A stretch of 24,803 nucleotides of DNA, taken from Candidatus Brocadiaceae bacterium (GTDB taxonomy: Bacteria > Planctomycetota > Brocadiia > Brocadiales > Brocadiaceae). Below are positions 1 to 6,678 of the stretch, piece after piece; position 1 is the first letter of the stretch, and each line of letters opens with the position of its first letter. The notes under the pieces were generated by a model. The model did not search any database. It had not been told where the DNA came from and saw only the letters and a list, made by a program, of their open reading frames with translations. Position numbers and translations under genes: made by a program. The DNA is taken from the NCBI GenBank assembly GCA_015661205.1, contig JACVXV010000025.1:1-24803 (forward strand). Direction: 5' to 3'.

Positions 1-108
1 CTCTTATGCCTAAAATAAACCCTGGGGTCTGGGGCAAAGCCCCATCCTTTAGTAGCTTATTTTAAATTTGAAAATTCCAATTCACGGTGAACCAACACAG
101 AACAGTCC

Positions 109-834
109 ATGCCCGACGGCGGGATAATCAAATTGTCCGCTGAAAACGTTACCGTCGATGCCGAAAGTAACGTCCCCATAATGCAGGGGAAATACGTTAA
201 AATAACGGTTGCCGATACGGGCGTGGGCATTCCGGAACAACACCTCACCAAGATATTCGACCCCTATTTTACCACGAAAGAAGGCGGAAGCGGGCTGGGG
301 CTTGCCGTGGTGTATTCCGTTATTAAAAAACACGCCGGCTACCTTTCCGTGGAGTCGAAGGCGGGCGTTGGAACCATGTTCTATATCTATCTTCCGGCGT
401 CAAACGAAGAAGCTATTCCCACAAAGTCCATTGACAACAAACCCATCTTCGGGAAGGGAAGAATCCTGATTATGGACGACGAAGAACTTATCAGAGACGT
501 ATGCGGAAGGATGTTGGCCAAATTGGGATATGAGGTAGGGTATGCCCTGGATGGGCAAGAGGCCATTGATTTATACAAGAAAGAAAAAGACGCCGGACAT
601 CCCTTCAACGCGATCATTATGGACCTGACAATTCCCGGAGGAATGGGAGGAAAAGAGGCCATTAAGAAACTCCACGAGATTGACCCGAAGGTGAAGGCCA
701 TCGTTTCCAGCGGCTACTCCGAAGACGCAGCAATGTCCGATTTCGGAAAATCGGGATTTAAGGCCGTCATTGCAAAACCCTACCGAATCACCGATCTCAG
801 CGAAACCGTGCATCAGGTATTGAGTGAGGGGTAA
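109..834 (+). CDS. 5'-truncated hybrid sensor kinase remnant: distal part of HATPase_c fused to a CheY-like receiver domain
   Basis: The ORF opens right after an in-frame TGA (85-87). The first residues, MPDGGIIKLSAEN, correspond to the segment that normally follows the N-box of GHKL kinases. G1 (VADTGVGI) and G2 (GGSGLGLAV) boxes are present. No DHp/H-box or N-box is encoded upstream in any frame. Receiver motifs: ILIMDDEE, IIMDLTIPGGMGG, IAKP. Confidence 0.75.
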   Translation: MPDGGIIKLSAENVTVDAESNVPIMQGKYVKITVADTGVGIPEQHLTKIFDPYFTTKEGGSGLGLAVVYSVIKKHAGYLSVESKAGVGTMFYIYLPASNEEAIPTKSIDNKPIFGKGRILIMDDEELIRDVCGRMLAKLGYEVGYALDGQEAIDLYKKEKDAGHPFNAIIMDLTIPGGMGGKEAIKKLHEIDPKVKAIVSSGYSEDAAMSDFGKSGFKAVIAKPYRITDLSETVHQVLSEG

Positions 835-890
835 TGGTGGGGATTTAATTATGCAGTTTTTTATAAGGTAAGATTGGGAGGGCCATTCCA

Positions 891-1034
891 ATGCCGGTAA
901 TCGCAAAACGGGTTAACAGACTTGAACATATCGTAGAAGATTTTGTTGCCAGCGTTGGCGTCGAATATAACAAGCTTTGCAATTCTCAGATGCGCAGGGA
1001 AAATGGGATTTCTGGTGCTTTCGGTCGGGGATGA
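891..1034 (+). CDS. possible small ORF (47 aa), unknown function
   Basis: The ATG at 891 is preceded by TGGGAGGG (875-882) at about 8 nt spacing. It is below the ORF-track length cutoff and I recognise no family. A G4 run at 1027-1030 separates it from a second short frame that ends at 1083. Confidence 0.2.
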   Translation: MPVIAKRVNRLEHIVEDFVASVGVEYNKLCNSQMRRENGISGAFGRG

Positions 1035-1090
1035 AATAATGGAAGTGAAGAATCCCAAGGGATTCAAACCGAAGGAGTGGTAACTTTAGC

Positions 1091-1340
1091 AAAAAAAACA
1101 AGGTATCTTTTTTTGTAATAATTTAGTTTTTTGAAAAAACCCTGAAAAAGCTCCGGTAGGAGCGGTATATTAATAGAATAAAGAAGCTACACCAATGCTA
1201 AGCTCCAGAGGAGCGGCATAGAAGGCGCGTAAATCATATATCGCTCCTCTGGAGCTTTATTATCGTGTTTGGTGTTTTAGCTATTAATATTTCACCCCTC
1301 CGGGGTTATTTTTCAAAAAACGAAAATGTTACCTTTTTTT
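1091..1340. repeat. nested composite palindrome (REP/MITE-like), about 250 nt
   Basis: Perfect 16-bp inner stem at 1200-1215 / 1242-1257 (AAGCTCCAGAGGAGCG) with a 26-nt loop. ATATTAATAG at 1167-1176 pairs with 1281-1290. A 13-nt perfect inverted repeat GTTTTTTGAAAAA lies at 1126-1138 / 1309-1321. The outer arms are A-run+AGGTA(T/A)C at 1091-1107 and 1328-1340. Confidence 0.8.
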
Positions 1341-1396
1341 AATTCATTGTGTCTTTGTGTGATTACTTCTCTTATTGATAGAACCGATAAAACAAC

Positions 1397-1813
1397 ATGG
1401 ATAACAACACAAAAAATCAAAATGAAGCCCTGTCCTGGTTTCAAGAAGGATTGAGGTTTGAATGCCGGCGGTGCGGCAGGTGTTGCAGGGGCGAACCTGG
1501 CGCCGTGTGGGTTAACAATAGTGAGATGGGCGATATCGCCTCTTTTCTCGGTATTACCCAGGCTGCATTTGCAAAAAACTATGTGAAGAGTATTAACGGC
1601 CGGTTAAGTCTCTTGGAACATGGAAACGGCGTGTGTGTGATGTACGACGGGGGCTGCAAGATATACGGCGTCAGGCCGGGACAGTGCAGGTCATTCCCCT
1701 TCTGGACGTCAAATCTGGAGAACCGTGAGGCTTGGGAAGAGTTGCAAAATACCTGTCCGGGATCCGGCAAAGGGAGGTTACATACAACGGCAGACATAAC
1801 GCCGTTGCTGTAG
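1397..1813 (+). CDS. YkgJ-family cysteine-cluster protein (CxxCxxCC, putative Zn/Fe-S binding, PF03692-like)
   Basis: CRRCGRCCRG motif near the N-terminus, and a distal GCKIYGVRPGQCRSFPFW motif typical of the family. ATG start; 138 aa. Confidence 0.8.
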   Translation: MDNNTKNQNEALSWFQEGLRFECRRCGRCCRGEPGAVWVNNSEMGDIASFLGITQAAFAKNYVKSINGRLSLLEHGNGVCVMYDGGCKIYGVRPGQCRSFPFWTSNLENREAWEELQNTCPGSGKGRLHTTADITPLL

Positions 1814-1902
1814 CTCAAACCTTCAGGTTTGATGGACGTTGCACTCGGTATGAGTGCAAGCATTTTACGTGTGGCTTCCAGCGTGACATGCAATGCCGGA
1901 GT

Positions 1903-1925
1903 CCATCAGGGCTGAAGCCCTGAGC
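1903..1925. repeat. 23-nt GC hairpin element, copy 1 (CCATCAGGGCTGAAGCCCTGAGC)
   Basis: Identical 23-mer at 8895-8917. It contains a 7-bp stem TCAGGGC/GCCCTGA with loop TGAA. It sits between the two YkgJ paralogs. Confidence 0.85.
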
Positions 1926-1951
1926 CACATAAATATTTTGGATTTGCGCAA

Positions 1952-2386
1952 ATGAAATACGTTTCAGAACTAAACCTTGACGCCGGGTTGACGGCCATAT
2001 ACCGGCAACTGGAAAATGAACTGGCGCAATTAAATCCCGGTTGTAATGGCTGCGGGACGTGCTGCAATTTCGGCGACTTTGACCACGTCCTTTATGCGAG
2101 CGGCGTAGAAATTGATTTTATCGTCAAGCACGCACACGTCCCCGACTTTGCCGTTTCAGACAATATATGCCCCTTCCTGAAAGACAACAACTGCTCTATT
2201 CGTGAGTTTCGAGCGCTGGGATGCCGTGTCTTTTACTGCAATCCCCACTATCAGGAAGTTTCTCATGAAGTGTACGAAAAATATTACCGGATGATAAAGG
2301 AACTCTACAACAAACACGCCATACCCTGGAAATATCAACCATTCCTCAACCAATTGAAAGAAGCGCCACGTAAACGGTTACCGTGA
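1952..2386 (+). CDS. YkgJ-family cysteine-cluster protein, second paralog
   Basis: CNGCGTCCNF (CxxCxxCC) plus distal CPFLKDNNCSIREFRALGCRVFYC. 144 aa, ATG start. Confidence 0.8.
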   Translation: MKYVSELNLDAGLTAIYRQLENELAQLNPGCNGCGTCCNFGDFDHVLYASGVEIDFIVKHAHVPDFAVSDNICPFLKDNNCSIREFRALGCRVFYCNPHYQEVSHEVYEKYYRMIKELYNKHAIPWKYQPFLNQLKEAPRKRLP

Positions 2387-2624
2387 ACCCTGAAAGAACG
2401 AATTTCCAGCGAAACGATATTTGCCATATATCGTGTTGGCTTGAGCGCCATGGTAATGGTTAATTTTGCGTTAGGCTTTCTTACAATAACTGTGATAAAA
2501 TACTGACCTTATTTCAAATAGCAGACCCGGCATAATGGTGTCCTATGAGTAAAATAGCCGCAATTGCAAATGGACTAAAGGTCTTCATAATTTTACGCTG
2601 CCAAAGTTTTATTTAAAATCTATT

Positions 2625-5486
2625 ATGAACCCCCTGGAACGAGTAAAAGCTACGTTACGATGTGAGAGGACTGACCGCATCCCGGTTATTCCCGAGGTGG
2701 CTGCGGTTACCGCAAGGTTACGGGGTAAAAACGTCAGAGAGTACGTAAGCAACGGTGAAGTCCTTGCCGAATGCCAACTGGCCGCACAGGAGACATTCCA
2801 GTATGACGCGGTAATTGCCTTTGCAGACCTTTGCGTCGAGGCTGAGGCCATTGGCTGTGAACTGGTATTTCCTGCCGATAATTATCCACACGTTAAACGG
2901 CCTGCCATACAATCCATCAATGGACTGAGCGCCCTTTCTGTGCCAAACCCCCTCAAAGACGGCAGGATGCCGGAACTCATCAAGGCAGTGCATATCCTGA
3001 AGGATAAATCTCTCGGCAGGATACCGGTTGTAGCCCACGCGCTTGGCCCCCTTACGATTGCCTCCCGTATTATGGATCTAGAGAAAATGCTCTATATGAT
3101 TGTTGATGAGCCGGATAATTTCAAGAAACTGCTGGCTTTTACCCTGGAGGTAGCCCTTGTTTTCATAAGGCATCTGTTAGCGGCAGGCGCTGATTGTATT
3201 ATTATGTTTAATCCTTCGGCCTCTCCCGCCGTGCTCCCCGCAAAAATATTCAAGGAATTTGAACTTCCAAACCTGAAAAAGATATTTTCTTTTATCAAGG
3301 AATTCAATCCTGAGGCCATTACTTGGTATAGCGTGGCCGGGGCAGTTCAGGACATTATCAAAGAATTGGAAGACGTAAACATCGACATTATGACCATCGA
3401 TTATCTCGTTCCGCTGGACGTCGCTTTCGGTATTTCCTCTTCCCTGTGTTTTAACGGCAACATAAAATCCATCTCCTTTGTCAATGAAAAGCCGAAGGAG
3501 ATTTTTTCCCAATCAACGGCGCTTTTACAAACCTCGCTGGAACGTGGAAGATTTATCCTGGGTTCCGGGTGTGAGGTGCCACCGAACGCCAGGCTGGATA
3601 CTATTCAGGCGCTTGTCAATGCATCCATCGACGTCTCAAGGAATTTTAAGGTGTACGGGAATGGGGTAGAAGCAACGAAGTGCGTTTCGATTTTTCCCTT
3701 TCAAAGGAAGGTTCACGTGCATGAAGGGATCGATGTTATTGAGGCTGCCGCCCAGGCCGGTGTTCAAATCCACAATTTGTGCAATAAGGCCGGGGTATGC
3801 GGTTCCTGTATTATTCAAGTGGGGAAGGGGGTTACCGGTGATTACTCAAGAAAGGAGTCGATAGTTTTAACTCCTGAGCAAAAAGAGAAAAATTACCGGT
3901 TTGCCTGTAAGGTTAAAGTGGCGTCCGATATGGAAATTTTCGTTCCGCGGGAATCGAGAATAAAAAATGAATATCGGGTTTACCAGAAAGACCATGCTCA
4001 GGAATCAATTGGCGAGCAGTACGGCTTAAATCCCTCTATCTGTGCAATCAAGATGCCGCATAGGCAAAAAACCGATGATAAGCACACGGATTTAGAAATA
4101 ATTCAGAAGGCTATCGGCAATCACACCGAATTTTTCCACAGTGAGCTTAGAAAATTGCCCGATATGGTAAGACATGACAAGGAATTCTATTGTATCATTG
4201 ACACAGAAAAGGGAAGGGCGCTTGACCTGTGCCATTCCCGGGAAATACTGGGCGTGGCTGTGGATATCGGAACAACCACCATCGCAATATACCTCCATGA
4301 CCTGGAGACCGGAAAGATAATCACCTCCGGCTCTCTTCTGAACCCGCAGTTTCAATTTGGCGACAATATTATGACCAGGGCGGAACGGTATCTCTGTGGG
4401 ACAGCAGAGCGGACGGAACTCCGGAACAGTCTTATCAAAGGAATTAACACCCTTCTCTTGAAAATTGCCCAGGACAAGGGTATCTCTTACAGCCATATCT
4501 ATAAAATGGTTGTCGTTGGGAACTCGGTTATGCACCATATATTCCTGGACATGGATTTGCAGTATCTGGTCAGGGCGCCTTTTACCCCGGTCTTTTCAAG
4601 CGCATACACGTACGTCAACAAGGATAAGGGCGGGGGGCAGAAGCTTACTATGAACGAAAATGGGTTGGTTGTGTGTCCTCCTCTCCTGAATGGCTTTGTG
4701 GGGTCAGACGCGGTTGCCGGGATACTGGCACCCAGCCTTTACCGGTCGGAAGAACCCGTTCTCTTGGTGGACCTTGGCACAAATGGGGAGATCGTCCTGG
4801 GTAATAAAGAAAAAATCCTCGTCACTTCGGCTGCCGCGGGGCCGGCGTTTGAGCGATTTTCCGCTATGTCCGGGAAACTTGCGGCCTCCGGCGCTATTTA
4901 CCGCGTTGACATAGACGAAGATTTTCACGTTATCTACAAGACCTTTGACAACAAAAAACCAACGGGTTTGTGCGGAAGCGCCATTGTTGATACCATTGCC
5001 GCGTTTTTGCGTTTGGGTATCATAGACAGGCGGGGACGTTTTGTCAGAAACCCACGCTGCAACAGCCTGAGAGACAGCGGGTATATCCTGGTTCCTCGGC
5101 AGGACACGGCAATCTTTCAACCCGTGGTGATAACTGCCCGTGACATAGAAGAGGTTCAAAAGGCCAAAGGGGGAATAATGGCGGGGATTGCTATTATCAT
5201 GAGGGAATACGGAATTACCCCCAAAGGGCTTGGCAAGGTGGTTTTAACCGGCGGATTCGGCATGAATATCAACGTGGGCAATGCCATCCGCATTGGTTTG
5301 ATCCCGGAAGTTCCCGTGGAAAAGGTCGGTTTTATTTCAAATGCCGCCGGGGTTGGCGCCCGATTGTATTTGCTTTATAAGGATGCGGTAAGGGACGTGG
5401 AAGAGATTGCCGGAAAGATCAGACATATCAACGTGGCAAACGACGCTGCATTTAACAACATTTTCATAGATGCCATGCTGTTTTGA
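2625..5486 (+). CDS. fusion protein: UroD/MtaA-family methyltransferase-like barrel + [2Fe-2S] ferredoxin domain + RACo-type ASKHA ATPase (corrinoid reductive activator-like)
   Basis: One uninterrupted 953-aa ORF. The N-terminal ~345 aa show the UroD/MtaA pattern (RIPVIPEV, FADLCVEAEAIGC, ILGSGCEVPPNA). C386-x5-C392-x2-C395-x32-C428 (CNKAGVCGSC...FAC) matches RACo [2Fe-2S] spacing. ASKHA motifs: LGVAVDIGTTT (aa 542-), LLVDLGTNGEIVLG, TSAAAGPAFE. Confidence 0.85.
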   Translation: MNPLERVKATLRCERTDRIPVIPEVAAVTARLRGKNVREYVSNGEVLAECQLAAQETFQYDAVIAFADLCVEAEAIGCELVFPADNYPHVKRPAIQSINGLSALSVPNPLKDGRMPELIKAVHILKDKSLGRIPVVAHALGPLTIASRIMDLEKMLYMIVDEPDNFKKLLAFTLEVALVFIRHLLAAGADCIIMFNPSASPAVLPAKIFKEFELPNLKKIFSFIKEFNPEAITWYSVAGAVQDIIKELEDVNIDIMTIDYLVPLDVAFGISSSLCFNGNIKSISFVNEKPKEIFSQSTALLQTSLERGRFILGSGCEVPPNARLDTIQALVNASIDVSRNFKVYGNGVEATKCVSIFPFQRKVHVHEGIDVIEAAAQAGVQIHNLCNKAGVCGSCIIQVGKGVTGDYSRKESIVLTPEQKEKNYRFACKVKVASDMEIFVPRESRIKNEYRVYQKDHAQESIGEQYGLNPSICAIKMPHRQKTDDKHTDLEIIQKAIGNHTEFFHSELRKLPDMVRHDKEFYCIIDTEKGRALDLCHSREILGVAVDIGTTTIAIYLHDLETGKIITSGSLLNPQFQFGDNIMTRAERYLCGTAERTELRNSLIKGINTLLLKIAQDKGISYSHIYKMVVVGNSVMHHIFLDMDLQYLVRAPFTPVFSSAYTYVNKDKGGGQKLTMNENGLVVCPPLLNGFVGSDAVAGILAPSLYRSEEPVLLVDLGTNGEIVLGNKEKILVTSAAAGPAFERFSAMSGKLAASGAIYRVDIDEDFHVIYKTFDNKKPTGLCGSAIVDTIAAFLRLGIIDRRGRFVRNPRCNSLRDSGYILVPRQDTAIFQPVVITARDIEEVQKAKGGIMAGIAIIMREYGITPKGLGKVVLTGGFGMNINVGNAIRIGLIPEVPVEKVGFISNAAGVGARLYLLYKDAVRDVEEIAGKIRHINVANDAAFNNIFIDAMLF

Positions 5487-5531
5487 ATGTCATGATAAAA
5501 CGGGAGGAATCCGATTAAAAACATACTGTTA

Positions 5532-5837
5532 TTAATTCTTTTGGCTGATAGTAACCAACATTTGGATTACCGTGCCGATCCTTTGGTTTAGCGGCCCTAT
5601 CTCTCCTTTTAACTGCCCAATTTCGTTCTTCATTTCGCTTCGCAATTGCCCAATCTCGCCTCTTACACTCCCGATATCCGCATCAATTTTTTGCACCAGA
5701 TATCTGAAATCTTCCTCCTGACGTTTTTTCAGTTCACCTATTTGGGTTGTTATTTCTTCCGTGCGGTCATTGACTACCTGGTAGATTAAATCTAGTGTCA
5801 CCTTTTTTATAGCTGACGTAAAAAATTCTTTTACCAT
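5532..5837 (-). CDS. hypothetical coiled-coil protein (about 101 aa)
   Basis: The preferred start is the internal ATG at 5837 (MVKEFF...), preceded by AGGAGGG about 9 nt upstream on the minus strand. The sequence has heptad-like repeats (EIGQLRSE / EIGQLKGE / EIGPLNQ). No family recognised. Confidence 0.55.
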   Translation of the reverse strand: MVKEFFTSAIKKVTLDLIYQVVNDRTEEITTQIGELKKRQEEDFRYLVQKIDADIGSVRGEIGQLRSEMKNEIGQLKGEIGPLNQRIGTVIQMLVTISQKN

Positions 5838-5947
5838 GGGGAAATACCCTCCTGTAAACATGAAGTTTTTAGCAATACATTTAGCGTATTTTAGCAAGTC
5901 ATTGGTAAATGTACAAGAATTATCTCTCCGGAATCAGGCCATTTTCC

Positions 5948-5977
5948 TTGACACCTATATAACCAATGGGTTATATT
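5948..5977 (+). promoter_or_regulatory. putative sigma70-type promoter of the toxin-antitoxin operon, possibly giving a leaderless mRNA
   Basis: TTGACA (5948-5953), an 18-nt spacer, then TATATT (5972-5977). The toxin ATG at 5983 lies about 6 nt after the -10. The spacer contains a short inverted repeat, ATAACC-n4-GGTTAT. Confidence 0.4.
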
Positions 5978-5982
5978 CGAAT

Positions 5983-6288
5983 ATGGTAATCAAATTACTA
6001 AGGCAGGTTAGTGCTTATATAGATACATTACCCAAAGAGCAGCGTGCCATAATATATGCTGTCTTGGAAGATATAAAACAATACGGACTGCAAGCCCCAT
6101 TGGTATCCATGAGGCAGATTAAAGGTAAATTATGGGAGGTCAAGATTTCTCAGATTAGAATATTCTATGTCGTTATCGAGAAAAACACCATGGTTCTCCT
6201 CCATGTCTATAAAAAGCAGAGCCAAAGGGCGCCGCAACATGAAATTGAAACTGCGCTCCGTCGTATGAAGGATGTACTTGAAAATTAA
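5983..6288 (+). CDS. type II toxin, RelE/ParE superfamily, Gp49/HigB-like (PF05973-like)
   Basis: The pattern LPKEQRAIIYAVLEDIKQYGL...GKLWEVKISQIRIFYVVIEKNTMVLLHVYKKQSQRAPQHEIETA matches the Gp49-like toxin consensus (G.LyElR...yRi.Y....ivll..f.KK.qk.P..ei..A). The start is chosen at the internal ATG (M50 of the track ORF). Confidence 0.8.
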   Translation: MVIKLLRQVSAYIDTLPKEQRAIIYAVLEDIKQYGLQAPLVSMRQIKGKLWEVKISQIRIFYVVIEKNTMVLLHVYKKQSQRAPQHEIETALRRMKDVLEN

Positions 6289-6307
6289 AAAGAAGGGGAT
6301 TGCTTCT

Positions 6308-6640
6308 ATGAAAACGCATGCCAACAGGGACGATATTTATCACCTGAAAGATACTATTGACAAACATGAAAAAGACCCTGAATTTAAAATCCTGCTGGAC
6401 AAAGCCAGATTAAGGGTTGCGATTGCAAGACAAATTAAGATAGCCAGAGAAGAAGCAGGACTCTCACAATCAGCGCTCGCAGACGCTCTCGGCATAAGCC
6501 AGCCCATGATAGGCCGTCTTGAGGGATTAAAAGACTATCGCCTGCCCAGTATTGAATTACTGACAAAAATTGCCTCTATAACAAAAAAGAAGCTGGTAGT
6601 AAATCAGCCGGGGTTTCACCTGGAATTGACATGTATGTAG
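6308..6640 (+). CDS. XRE-family helix-turn-helix antitoxin (HigA-like)
   Basis: The HTH segment is LSQSALADALGISQPMIGRLEG. The ATG at 6308 is preceded by GAAGGGGA. It lies 19 nt after the toxin stop, giving a toxin-first (HigBA) order. Confidence 0.75.
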   Translation: MKTHANRDDIYHLKDTIDKHEKDPEFKILLDKARLRVAIARQIKIAREEAGLSQSALADALGISQPMIGRLEGLKDYRLPSIELLTKIASITKKKLVVNQPGFHLELTCM

Positions 6641-6668
6641 GGCAAGGCTTCAGCCTTGCCTTTTAATT
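6641..6668 (+). terminator. rho-independent terminator after the antitoxin gene (possibly also serving the convergent TPR gene)
   Basis: The stem GGCAAGGC (6641-6648) / GCCTTGCC (6653-6660) has loop TTCA and is followed by TTTTAATT. It begins directly after the TAG at 6638-6640. Confidence 0.75.
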
Positions 6669-6678
6669 GGATGAGACG

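Noticed and set aside
861-1101. Minus-strand ORFs 861..1067 and 913..1101
   Set aside because: The two ORFs overlap each other. They have no RBS and no recognisable motif, and they lie in the intergenic region opposite a better supported small plus-strand ORF.
1732-1923. 63-aa ORF overlapping the 3' end of the first YkgJ gene
   Set aside because: It is out of frame with a well supported CDS, and it ends in the 23-nt hairpin repeat, whose translation is SGLKP.
2387-2624. Possible cobalamin riboswitch in the 238-nt leader of the corrinoid-related fusion gene
   Set aside because: I searched by eye for a B12-box-like core (AGYCMGG.GACCKGCC-type) and the conserved GGTG/GCCACTG elements and found none. 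An Rfam scan would be needed to exclude it fully.
2718-5159. Antisense or alternative-frame ORFs inside the 953-aa gene (for example 2718..3038-, 3177..3512-, 4092..4538-, 4704..5159-). Similar shadow ORFs occur inside the TPR, radical SAM, fab, DUF62, HD-GYP and kinase genes.
   Set aside because: They are shadow ORFs opposite or within strongly supported CDSs, with no motifs and atypical composition.
5836-6288. Long forms of the toxin ORF (150 aa from 5836) and the coiled-coil ORF (121 aa to 5897), which would overlap head to head
   Set aside because: The N-terminal extensions have no family similarity. The internal starts fit the family length (toxin) or carry a strong RBS (coiled-coil gene), and they remove the overlap.
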